A DNA stretch of 64,000 bases, from the NCBI GenBank assembly GCA_050181335.1, contig JBFXDG010000019.1, positions 302 through 64,301 of the forward strand, read 5' to 3'. A program made the position numbers and the translations under genes. Below the pieces are notes generated by a model, which was not told where the DNA came from, searched no databases, and saw only the letters and a program-made list of their open reading frames with translations. Shown here one piece after another: positions 34,952 through 43,372 of this stretch. The DNA comes from Gemmatimonadales bacterium (GTDB taxonomy: Bacteria; Gemmatimonadota; Gemmatimonadetes; Longimicrobiales; Gaopeijiaceae). Every line of letters starts with the position of its first letter. The stretch's first letter is position 1.

Positions 34952-34999
34952 CGAAGACGGGGCGACTTTTGCGCGCGGGTTTCTTAGCTTAGGCCACGC

Positions 35000-35072
35000 G
35001 CGGGAGTAGCTCAGTTGGTAGAGCATCAGCTTCCCAAGCTGAGGGTCGCGGGTTCGAGTCCCGTCTCCCGCT
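35000..35072 (+). tRNA. tRNA-Gly (anticodon CCC)
   Basis: Cloverleaf GCGGGAG/CTCCCGC acceptor, GCTC-AGTTGGTA-GAGC D arm, TCAGC-TTCCCAA-GCTGA anticodon arm, GCGGG-TTCGAGT-CCCGT T arm. Confidence 0.95.
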
Positions 35073-35097
35073 CTGGGTGACAACGCAGGAAACGAAA

Positions 35098-35131
35098 GGC
35101 CCGGTGCCGCTGATCCAGCGGCGCCGGGCCT
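35098..35131. terminator. Bidirectional hairpin terminator between tRNA-Gly and the convergent lipoprotein gene
   Basis: 15-bp stem GGCCCGGTGCCGCTG / CAGCGGCGCCGGGCC (one G-U pair), ATCC loop. Confidence 0.6.
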
Positions 35132-35161
35132 CGTCACTTCGGGCCGTGGGCGAGACGGCTC

Positions 35162-36046
35162 CTAGAAGTATCCCCCGAGGTTGAACGAGCCACTGACGGA
35201 CATCGATCCGGTTGCATCGCCGAACACGGCGATCAACGTCGCAGTGAATGTGCCCATGATGCGTCCCGGGACGGCGCTCGTGATCTCGACGGTGCCGCTT
35301 CCTCCTGTTGCGTCACTGCTCCAGGCCGCCGTCGGAGTGCCAGGAGGACTGGCGACGATCATGGTGCGGGTCGGGCCGCTCAAGGCGTAGGTCCCGGTCC
35401 CGCTCATGGCGGCTATGCTGGCGATGATCCGGTAGTCCTCGTTGATGGCGCCGAACCTGAGCGTGTCCCCGAACGTCACCGGGGGGCCCGCGATGGGAAA
35501 GACGAGCGAGATGCCGTCGATCGTGGCGGAGAACGATGAACCCTGGTTCGCAGCCGCGACGCCGCCCGTGCCCGTCACCGGGAGATCGAAGACGCCGTGT
35601 GTGACCGTCTTGCTCACACCGGTCGCGGCTTGGGGAGTCGCCACGAACTCGAACGTTCCCGAGACCCGCGTCGCCGAGAGCTCGGTGATCACCGTTTCAC
35701 CGGCGACACCGGTATACGGAGTGCTCCAAACGCTGGAGGCCTGCGAGAGCTGCGCGCTACCGCCGAACACCGAGTGGGACACTCCGAGGGGGTAGGTGCC
35801 GGGGCCACCGATGTTGTGGAGGAAGAGGTCGATCGTGTAGTCGGTCGATCCTCGGTCGCCTGCCGTGATCGTGTACGTGCCCGCCGTTGCATTCTCGACC
35901 GATGCGGCGAGATGAGGACTTCAGTCCGCCCCGTCGATCTTGACGCTGAAGGTCGCGTCCTCGCCGTCCGTGTCCGGACCGGATGAATCCCTGGCGCCGC
36001 AGGCGGCGACGAGGATGGACAGGACAACGACGGAGACGAGTTTCAC
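35162..36046 (-). pseudogene. Lipoprotein gene (two tandem beta-rich modules) interrupted by an in-frame TGA at 35921-35923
   Basis: GTG 36046 opens 'VKLVSVVVLSILVAACGARDSS...ATFSVKIDGAD', then TGA, then the same frame continues 'SPHLAASVENATAGTYTITAG...' into track ORF 35162..35782. Confidence 0.65.
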
Positions 36047-36171
36047 GAATGCTCGCGCGACGGGGGAGGCCGGAGCATATCAGCTTCATCTTCCCGCGCC
36101 TGCCGTGAGACGTCAAGCAGGCTGGTTCGACGTGCTCACCAGGCCTTTCGGTCGTCCCCGTCGTAAGATAG

Positions 36172-36651
36172 GTGCCCATGGGGCCCTCCCTCCTGATCCT
36201 GGCTGCGGCGTACTTCCTGCCGACCATCGTCGCGTTCGGGCGATGGAGCGCACCGTTTCGCGGCAAGAAGGTGCTCCTCTTCGGGATCTTCAATTTCTTC
36301 GTCGCATGGACGGGCATCGGGTGGCTGGCGTGTCTGATCGCCGCCTTCTCGAAGCGGCTGGAGGAGTACCTGGGGCGGATGGCCGCCGCCTCCGCCGGCG
36401 TCGCGGGCTACGCGACTCCCCCCGCGGGAACGCTGCAGCCGCCATCCTGGGAGACGGTGCGTGAGCCGGCGCGCTGCTCCGCGTGCGGAGGAGCGGGCGA
36501 GCAGCCCTGCCCACAGTGCAGCGGACGTGGGAGCTGGTATCAACCGCCGCAGACGGCGAGCGGCGTCGCCCAGCTCGTGACGTGCAGCTACTGCACGAGC
36601 AGCGGCAGGATCCGGTGCCAGAGCTGCGGCGGCTCCGGCCGCTTTGCGTGA
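36172..36651 (+). CDS. Superinfection-immunity (Imm-like) membrane domain fused to a DnaJ-type CxxCxGxG zinc-finger domain
   Basis: 'YFLPTIVAFGR...IFNFFVAWTGIGWLACLIAAF' followed by 'CSACGGAG', 'CPQCSGRG', 'CSYCTSSG', 'CQSCGGSG'. The start is GTG 36172 or ATG 36178. Confidence 0.75.
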   Translation: MPMGPSLLILAAAYFLPTIVAFGRWSAPFRGKKVLLFGIFNFFVAWTGIGWLACLIAAFSKRLEEYLGRMAAASAGVAGYATPPAGTLQPPSWETVREPARCSACGGAGEQPCPQCSGRGSWYQPPQTASGVAQLVTCSYCTSSGRIRCQSCGGSGRFA

Positions 36652-36757
36652 GATCGCGCTCCTTCGGGGAGCAGCGAAGCGCGCTCGCGGCCCGCGGCTT
36701 GCACTATGGTTCGACCAGCGAAGCGGGATGCCCCCGAACACCCGGGGATGAACCCTC

Positions 36758-36804
36758 ACGACCCGGCCTCGGTCGAGCCTGCAGACCGCTCGAGGCCGGG
36801 TCGT
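36758..36804. repeat. Perfect 14-bp inverted repeat (ACGACCCGGCCTCG ... CGAGGCCGGGTCGT) in a 340-bp convergent intergenic region
   Basis: Read directly. 19-nt loop. No U-tract on either strand. Several further short hairpins lie at 36820-36945. Confidence 0.6.
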
Positions 36805-36990
36805 TGCGTCCATGAGCGTAGACCGACGACTTGCGCAGTCGTTCCTCGCGAGCTACCTGCAGTCCGCGCCACGACGCGGGACTGTGAGCCCGGCGTCGCT
36901 TTTGACCCCGTCTGCGGCCTCCGCGAGAGGCCGTGGGCGGGGTCGCTCTACTTCACGGCGCACCCGCGCGGGGATCGCGCACGCCTGGGC

Positions 36991-37374
36991 TCAGGCGATG
37001 CGGTAGACGCGCGGCTCCTCGTTCGGCCGATAGAGGAGCCACGAGCCCACCGGAACACGGCGGAGGAGGTCGTCGCAGCTTCCCGGTGGCGACTGGCGAC
37101 CGGTGGGGAGCAGTGGGTTCCAGATGCGGCAAGCGCCCGGGGGAGGCATCTGGCCCACGGGAATACCCACGATGTCATCCTCGCTGAGATCGTCCGAATC
37201 GGCACCGCGGTCGTCACCACGACCATGACGATCATCGTCGTCGCCGGGCCGGGAGGGATTCGTGGGGCCGGGCCCCGCCGTGTCGTCCGCGGGCTCCTCC
37301 CACGTCACGATCTCCGTGGTGCATGCTGCCGTCAGCATCGCGGCAGCGAGGACCACGGACGCTCGGCGGAGCAT
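36991..37374 (-). CDS. Small lipoprotein with acidic linker and 'PPPGACRIW...PPGSC' motif
   Basis: Lipobox 'MLTAAC', Asp-rich linker, and a Cys pair in the C-terminal domain. High GC3. Confidence 0.65.
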   Translation of the reverse strand: MLRRASVVLAAAMLTAACTTEIVTWEEPADDTAGPGPTNPSRPGDDDDRHGRGDDRGADSDDLSEDDIVGIPVGQMPPPGACRIWNPLLPTGRQSPPGSCDDLLRRVPVGSWLLYRPNEEPRVYRIA

Positions 37375-37389
37375 GGGAGGGCGCGACGG

Positions 37390-37545
37390 CTACTCGTCGC
37401 GTGTCGCGCGCCAGCGACGGAGCTGGAGCAGGAGCGCGGCCAACGCGGCCACGCCGGACGCGATGCGCACACGCCGGTCGCCGAGAACGCTCCTCGCGCG
37501 ACGTCCCAGGTTCCTTCGGTCATACCACGCTCGGTTGTACCACAT
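37390..37545 (-). CDS. Candidate 51-aa small membrane protein (below the ORF-track size cut-off)
   Basis: AAGGAG lies 8 nt upstream of the ATG. Sequence is 'MWYNRAWYDRRNLGRRARSVLGDRRVRIASGVAALAALLLQLRRWRATRDE'. The stop is 15 nt before the lipoprotein ATG, which lacks its own SD. Confidence 0.35.
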   Translation of the reverse strand: MWYNRAWYDRRNLGRRARSVLGDRRVRIASGVAALAALLLQLRRWRATRDE

Positions 37546-37702
37546 AGAATCCGCTCCTTGTCTGAGCATGGGCGGTTCGCAGGATCCATGCCGCGGGTGG
37601 GCGAAGCTCGCTCCCCGTTCTCCGGGTCTCTATGATGGCTGTCGTCCCGGTGTCCGGGATGCCTGTCGGCCCGCACGAACCCGCTCCGAGGAGACTGCGA
37701 AT

Positions 37703-38809
37703 ATGATGCTCGCTCGTCGGCCGTCCTTCCTGGCGCTGATCCTGCCGTTGCTCGCAGTGCTGCTGCTCGGCCGGCCGTTGGCCGGAGCGCACGCGCAGTC
37801 CGGACCGAACCCGTACCGACCGGTGGAAGGGCTGCAGGCCGGCGGGGGTCCGGGCCGCATCGGTGACGGTTGGGCGAAGATGCCCGGCGGGCGCGCGATG
37901 GGATCGCCCGGAGGTCTGCACGTGGACGTGGACGGCGAGCACATCTGGGCCATCGTGCGCTGCGGCGACGACGGCACGCCGCGGGGAAGCCAGACGTACT
38001 GCGGGGCGTCCGATCTCGATCCCATCCTGAGATTCGACGCGGACGGCAACGTCGTCACGCAGTTCGGGAGCCGCATGTTCGATTGGCCGCACGGACTGCA
38101 CGTGGACGCCCAGGGCAACGTCTGGGTGACGGAGGCCGGTGGAGGGGAGCGCACCGCGGGGCGGGCGATCGGCCATCAGGTATTCAAGTTCTCGCCCGAG
38201 GGGCGGCTCCTGATGACGCTCGGCGAGGCCGGCGTCGAAGGAAACGACCCCGACCACTTCACGGCGCCGAGCGACGTGATCACGGCGCCGAACGGTGACG
38301 TCTTCGTCGTCGACGGCCACAACGCCACGGGCAACAACCGGATCGTGAAGTTCGCCCGCGACGGCCGCTTCATCCGAGCCTTCGGCGAGACGGGCTACGG
38401 ACCGGGTCAGCTCCGGGGACCGCACGCCATCGCCATGGACGCGGAAGGACGCCTGTTCGTCGCGGACCGGGCGAATCAGCGCATCGTCGTCTTCGATCAG
38501 GAAGGACGTTACCTGACGCGTTGGACGCAGTTCGGCATGCCGAGCGACATCTGGATCGACGACGACGACCGGATCTACGTGGCGGACTCCGAGTCCGACA
38601 CGAACGAGAACCCGGGATGGGAGAAGGGCATCCGGATCGGTGACGTGCGGACGGGATGGGTGGAGTGGTTCATCCTCGACACGGGGGACAACCCGCCCAT
38701 CACGGCCGGCGGGAGCGGCGCGGAAGCGATCACGGTGGATCGTCTCGGCAACATCTTCGCCGGCGAGCCGCGCCCCCAGCGCATCGTGAAGTACGTGCGC
38801 GTGAGATAG
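37703..38809 (+). CDS. Secreted NHL-repeat beta-propeller protein (peptidyl-hydroxyglycine amidating-lyase-like)
   Basis: Signal peptide 'LILPLLAVLLLGRPLAGAHAQ'. Repeated 'PHG(L/I)xVDxxGN(V/L)(W/F)V(T/A)D' and 'NxRIVxF' NHL motifs. Confidence 0.8.
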   Translation: MMLARRPSFLALILPLLAVLLLGRPLAGAHAQSGPNPYRPVEGLQAGGGPGRIGDGWAKMPGGRAMGSPGGLHVDVDGEHIWAIVRCGDDGTPRGSQTYCGASDLDPILRFDADGNVVTQFGSRMFDWPHGLHVDAQGNVWVTEAGGGERTAGRAIGHQVFKFSPEGRLLMTLGEAGVEGNDPDHFTAPSDVITAPNGDVFVVDGHNATGNNRIVKFARDGRFIRAFGETGYGPGQLRGPHAIAMDAEGRLFVADRANQRIVVFDQEGRYLTRWTQFGMPSDIWIDDDDRIYVADSESDTNENPGWEKGIRIGDVRTGWVEWFILDTGDNPPITAGGSGAEAITVDRLGNIFAGEPRPQRIVKYVRVR

Positions 38810-38908
38810 GTCGCGCCCCAGCACGATGCCCCCCCGCCCGCGGGTGGAGGCTGGCACGTGACATGAAGGGACGTCCCCCGACGAAGCACACGCTCCCGGG
38901 GCAGGCCG

Positions 38909-39313
38909 ATGGTCCACATCCACTTCGACGGAAGGTCGCCGACCTCCTCCCTCGTGCTCGGGCCGGCCCCTTGGTTTCGCATCGCGGGCAACTTCATCCG
39001 GCAGGGTCCCGAGGGCACGCCCGTGGCGATCTACCGGAGCCACCAGTGGGACGTGCAGGGGCGGTACTTCACGCGCTGGGACTGCAAGGAGCCGGGCCTC
39101 ATCCACTTCGAGGACGTCGCAGGCGGGCGCACGGAGTACTTCGGTCCGTTCGGAAGATTCCACGCCGCCGACGGTGTGCTGTACGCGGACGACGAGCTGT
39201 TCGCGAAGTTCATCGAGGAGGCGCAGCTGTGGCACTGCTACGCCACGGAGAACTTCTGGCCGGTCCTGGTCTTCGAGGGCTTGAGCGCGGGGGCAGGGGA
39301 GCAGGGCGGCTGA
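38909..39313 (+). CDS. Hypothetical cytoplasmic protein (orphan)
   Basis: 134-aa ORF with very high third-position GC and a balanced amino-acid composition. No recognisable motif. Confidence 0.6.
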   Translation: MVHIHFDGRSPTSSLVLGPAPWFRIAGNFIRQGPEGTPVAIYRSHQWDVQGRYFTRWDCKEPGLIHFEDVAGGRTEYFGPFGRFHAADGVLYADDELFAKFIEEAQLWHCYATENFWPVLVFEGLSAGAGEQGG

Positions 39314-39399
39314 GGCGCAGGGACCGCTCTGGCGGACCGCGTTGCGAACGGTGCGCCGTCGCGCTATTTCAGCGCCGACGATTCCACAGGAGGTGGACG

Positions 39400-40518
39400 A
39401 TTTTCCGCCGCACCGTCGTTTCGCTCCTCGCGCTCTCGGCGCTCGCCGCGGCCGGTTTCGCGGCCCAGGCCGCTCGACCCTTCAAGCTCGGCACCTTCGA
39501 GCGGGAGGGACGCGCGTTCGTGGGCATCGTGCTCCGCGACACGCTCGTCGTCGATCTCGCGGCCGCGCACGCGGCGGTTCCGGCAGCAGGAGGCGCGGCG
39601 GCGGCCCCGACGGACATGAAGGACCTGATCGCTCGCTACGAGCAGGGTGTCCGCACCCGCATCCAGGAGATCGTGCGAGCGGTCGAGGCGGCCTCGGGTC
39701 GCCCGCCGTACGTGCACGCGCTCTCCGCGGTGAGAACGCTGCCGCCGATCATGTATCCCTCGAACATGGTCAACACGGCGCTCAACTACCGCGAGCACGC
39801 CCTCGAGATGGCGGGGCTGAACAGCGGACCGCCCGCGCTGAGCGCGGGGGCGCCGCCTCCGGGTTTCGCGACGCCGACCACCGTGAGCGCCCCCGGCATC
39901 TGGGAGCGCGCGGCCACGGACGATCGCTGGAACCCGTACATGTTCCTGAAGTCGCCGTCGGCGATCATCGCGAATGGCGAAGCCGTCCGTCTGCCGGTAG
40001 GCCGCGCGCAGGTGGATTGGGAGTGCGAGCTGGGCGCCGTGATCGGGCGGACCGCGTCCCGCGTGCCCCTGGCACGCGCGGGTGACTACATCTTCGGCTA
40101 CACCATCGAGCTGGACGTGTCCGATCGCGGTGGGCGCGGCGACGAGCGCTACGGCTCCGACTGGCTGATCGGCAAGTCGCACGACACGTTCGCGCCGCTG
40201 GGTCCGTTCATCGTGCCCAAGGAGTTCGTGCCGGACCCGCGGGACCTGGACGTACGTTACACGCTGAACGGCGAGCTCATGCAGGAAGCGAATACGTCGC
40301 TCATGATCCACGACGTCTTCGAGCAGGTGGTGTACGCGACGAATATCCTCACGCTCCAGCCGGGCGACGTGATTGCCACGGGGAGCCCGGCCGGCGTGGG
40401 GTCGGCGCGCAATCCGCCGATCTTCTTCCGTGCCGGCGACGTCTCCGTGTGCACCTACGAGGGCATCGGAACGCTGACCAACCCGATCGTCGGCCCGGCG
40501 GCTCCCGCAGGGCGCTGA
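39400..40518 (+). CDS. Fumarylacetoacetate hydrolase (FAH) family protein with N-terminal export signal; probable ATT start
   Basis: 'FKLGTFEREGRAFVGIV', 'GELMQEANTSLMIHDV', 'LQPGDVIATGSPAGVG'. AGGAGG lies 6 nt upstream of ATT 39400. Signal-like 'FRRTVVSLLALSALAAAGFAAQA'. Confidence 0.75.
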   Translation: MFRRTVVSLLALSALAAAGFAAQAARPFKLGTFEREGRAFVGIVLRDTLVVDLAAAHAAVPAAGGAAAAPTDMKDLIARYEQGVRTRIQEIVRAVEAASGRPPYVHALSAVRTLPPIMYPSNMVNTALNYREHALEMAGLNSGPPALSAGAPPPGFATPTTVSAPGIWERAATDDRWNPYMFLKSPSAIIANGEAVRLPVGRAQVDWECELGAVIGRTASRVPLARAGDYIFGYTIELDVSDRGGRGDERYGSDWLIGKSHDTFAPLGPFIVPKEFVPDPRDLDVRYTLNGELMQEANTSLMIHDVFEQVVYATNILTLQPGDVIATGSPAGVGSARNPPIFFRAGDVSVCTYEGIGTLTNPIVGPAAPAGR

Positions 40519-40664
40519 CGCTCTCCGGACGGTCTCTCGGACAACGGTCTACCGTGGGAAGGGGTCCGGGGATACTGTTCCGATAGGCTCGTCGCATCCG
40601 CGAGTCGGCTCGTCGTACGCGAGCAGCACTCGCGGTCGTTCGTGGAAATATCCGAGGGATCGTC

Positions 40665-43313
40665 ATGTACCGCTCCACCCCCCTCCTCGCAGCTCTTTGC
40701 ATCGTGGCGTCCGGCGGTCCTCGTGTCGCCGGCGCGCAGCAGGTTCCCGACTCCGCCACGGCGCTGCATCCCGACTCCGCGGCCGTCACGGGAGGCCGTC
40801 CGCCCCGCCAGGAGCGCTCCGACTTCGAGCGCCTGACGGAAGACGCGGTCCTGCAGCCCGGGTTCTTCGACGCGTACCTCGAGGACGGCCGCCTCCTGCT
40901 CGTCGTGCCGGAGAGCCGGCTGGGTGAGCGCTTCCTGCTGTCGTTCGAGGCTTCGCAGGGTCCGGGGACGGGGGGCATCTACGGCGGCACCATGCTCGAC
41001 AACGAGGCGCGTATCGTCTCGTTCGAGAAGCGACAGGGCCGGATCCTCCTGATCCAGCATCAGAACATCTACACGGCGCCGGAGGGCTCGCCCGAGCAGC
41101 GCGCCATCGATCTGACTTTCGGGCCGTCCGTCCTGGCCACGGCCCGCATCGACGCCACGCGCGACTCGACCGATCACCTCATCGACGTCTACGACTGGTT
41201 CGTGTCGGACATCTCCCAGGTGAGCGAGCAGCTTCGCGGGGCGCTGGCGGGACAGGGTGGGCGCGGCGCCGGCAGCGCGAGCTTCGACGACGGTCGCAGC
41301 TATCTGGAGGCCGTGCGCTCGTTCCCGCGCAACATGACCATCGATTCCCGTCTCACGTTCCGGGCGGGCGGAGGGGATCTGCGCAGCGTGCCGGACGCGC
41401 GCTTCGTCCCGGTCACGGTGCACGCGCGCCTCGTCGCGCTTCCCGAGACGCCGATGGAGCCCCGCCTGGGGGACGACCGAGTGGGCTACTTCCTCACCGT
41501 GAAGAAGGACTTCTCGCTCGACGACGGCCAGGACTTCTTCGTGCGGTACGTGCGCCGTTGGCGCCTCGAGTGCGCCGACCGTCCGAGCGACGGACTCTGC
41601 GAGCCGCGCGAGCCCATCACGTACTACATCGACCGCACGGTGCCGGAAGAGTACCGACCCGCGATGGTCCAGGGCGTGGAGGCGTGGAACGAGGCCTTCG
41701 AGGAGGCGGGGTTCCGTAACGCGATCCGCGCCGAGATGCTGCCGGACAGCGCGGAGGCCGAGGACATCCGCTACCCGACGATCCGCTGGAACGTGTCCGA
41801 TCCGCCGGGCTACAGCGCGATCGGTCCGTCCGTGGTGGATCCGCGCACGGGCGAGATCCTGGATGCGGATATCCTGATGGAAGGGAGCATGATCCTCGGA
41901 TTCCGGAGCGCCTGGCGCTTCCAGGTGAACCCGGCCGCCGCGCTCGAGGAGATGCTGGCGGCGACGCCCGAGGAGCTCGAGGGGCTGGCGCGGGGGGGAG
42001 AGATCTCGACGTTCGGAACCGAGCTGATGTCGCAGGGGATGTTGGTGCGCGCGCTGCTCCAGGCGCGTGGCGATCTGGGGCCGTCCGAGCCCGTGCCGAT
42101 GGAGTACGTGAACGACGCGGTGAAGTGGGTGACGATGCACGAGGTAGGTCACACCCTCGGGCTCAGGCACAACTTCCGTGCGTCGGCGGACACACCCAAC
42201 GAGCGGCTGGCGGACCGCGACTGGACGCGTCAGCGCGGCCTGGTGGGATCGGTGATGGACTACGCCACGCCGAACATCGCGGCTCCCGGCCAGCCCAGCG
42301 GCGACTTCTACATCCAGGGCATGGGCACGTACGACCGTTGGGCGATCGCCTACGGCTACACGCGTGACCCGCAGCATGCCCGCGAGCTCGCGCGGCAGGC
42401 CGCGCAGCCGGGCCACGCGTACGGCACGGACGAGGACAACCGCGGGCCGGGCGCGCTCGACCCGACGGTGAACGTCTACGACCTGGGCGAGGATCCGCTC
42501 GCGTGGGGGAGGGATCGCGCGCAGCTCATCCGCGGCACCTGGCAGGACGTGCCGACGTTCGCGCTCGAGGACGACGCCTCGTACGCCGGCGCCACCGCGG
42601 TCTTCTCGAGCCTGCTGTTCCAGTACGCCCGCGCGCTCGGCACGGGTGTGAAGTACATCGGCGGCCAGTACCTCTATCGCGACCACGTCGGCGACCCGGC
42701 CGGGCGCGGCCCGTGGGCCAACGTGCCCCGCGAACGCCAGGTCGAGGCGCTCGACTTCCTGGTGGAGTTCGGGTTCAGCGAAGACGCCTTCGAGCTTCCC
42801 CCCGCGGTGCTCCAGCAGTTCGGTGCCAACCGCTGGAGCCATTGGGGGAGCGACCTCACCATCGACGGGCGGATCGACTACCCCTATCACGGCGAGGTGC
42901 TCGACCTGCAGCGCACGCTGCTGGCGCAGATCACCGACCCCATGGTCTTCGCGCGCATACGCGACGCGGAGATGAAGTTCGGGACGGCGGAGGTGCTGTC
43001 GATCCCCGAGCTGCTCGAGTCGCTGACCGGTGCGATCTGGAGCGAGCTGCGCTCCGGCGATTCGGTTCCGGCGATGCGCCGCGATCTCCAGCGGGCGCAC
43101 CTGGACCGCATGATCGAGCTCGTCACCGACGCGCCGAACGGCACGCCGGCCGACGCCCGCTCGGTAGCGCGTATGACGCTCGAGCGCCTTCGCAACGATC
43201 TCGACGCCGCGCTGGGCTCCAACCACACGGACGCCTACACGCGCGCCCACCTCAACGAGAGCCGCGTGCGCGTGGACCGGGCGCTCTCGGCCGGGCTCGA
43301 GCTCGCGAACTGA
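40665..43313 (+). CDS. Secreted zinc metalloprotease (DUF5117/DUF4953-type)
   Basis: Signal peptide, and 'HEVGHTLGLRHNF' HExxH zinc site within a large conserved body. Confidence 0.85.
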   Translation: MYRSTPLLAALCIVASGGPRVAGAQQVPDSATALHPDSAAVTGGRPPRQERSDFERLTEDAVLQPGFFDAYLEDGRLLLVVPESRLGERFLLSFEASQGPGTGGIYGGTMLDNEARIVSFEKRQGRILLIQHQNIYTAPEGSPEQRAIDLTFGPSVLATARIDATRDSTDHLIDVYDWFVSDISQVSEQLRGALAGQGGRGAGSASFDDGRSYLEAVRSFPRNMTIDSRLTFRAGGGDLRSVPDARFVPVTVHARLVALPETPMEPRLGDDRVGYFLTVKKDFSLDDGQDFFVRYVRRWRLECADRPSDGLCEPREPITYYIDRTVPEEYRPAMVQGVEAWNEAFEEAGFRNAIRAEMLPDSAEAEDIRYPTIRWNVSDPPGYSAIGPSVVDPRTGEILDADILMEGSMILGFRSAWRFQVNPAAALEEMLAATPEELEGLARGGEISTFGTELMSQGMLVRALLQARGDLGPSEPVPMEYVNDAVKWVTMHEVGHTLGLRHNFRASADTPNERLADRDWTRQRGLVGSVMDYATPNIAAPGQPSGDFYIQGMGTYDRWAIAYGYTRDPQHARELARQAAQPGHAYGTDEDNRGPGALDPTVNVYDLGEDPLAWGRDRAQLIRGTWQDVPTFALEDDASYAGATAVFSSLLFQYARALGTGVKYIGGQYLYRDHVGDPAGRGPWANVPRERQVEALDFLVEFGFSEDAFELPPAVLQQFGANRWSHWGSDLTIDGRIDYPYHGEVLDLQRTLLAQITDPMVFARIRDAEMKFGTAEVLSIPELLESLTGAIWSELRSGDSVPAMRRDLQRAHLDRMIELVTDAPNGTPADARSVARMTLERLRNDLDAALGSNHTDAYTRAHLNESRVRVDRALSAGLELAN

Positions 43314-43372
43314 CCTCCGCCACGAGCGGCAGCGAAGGAGCGCTGCGGGGGAGGCTTCCGCGCACGCTCGTC

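Noticed and set aside
35880-35925. In-frame TGA of the lipoprotein gene as a selenocysteine codon. A small bulged hairpin CUCGCCG-CAU-CGGUCGAG starts 9 nt downstream.
   Set aside because: The hairpin has only a 3-nt loop and lacks the SECIS apical features. The protein is not a redox enzyme and has no Cys homologue context. TGA is used as an ordinary stop throughout the window. A TGG to TGA nonsense change is the simpler explanation.
35000-37700. tRNA-Gly-flanking islet, and likewise the region after tRNA-Arg at 56112-61700, as an integrated mobile element.
   Set aside because: I saw no integrase, recombinase or transposase gene. By eye I found no direct repeat of either tRNA 3' end downstream. 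Only weak signs remain: damaged genes and slightly lower GC. I kept them as observations, not as a mobile-element call.
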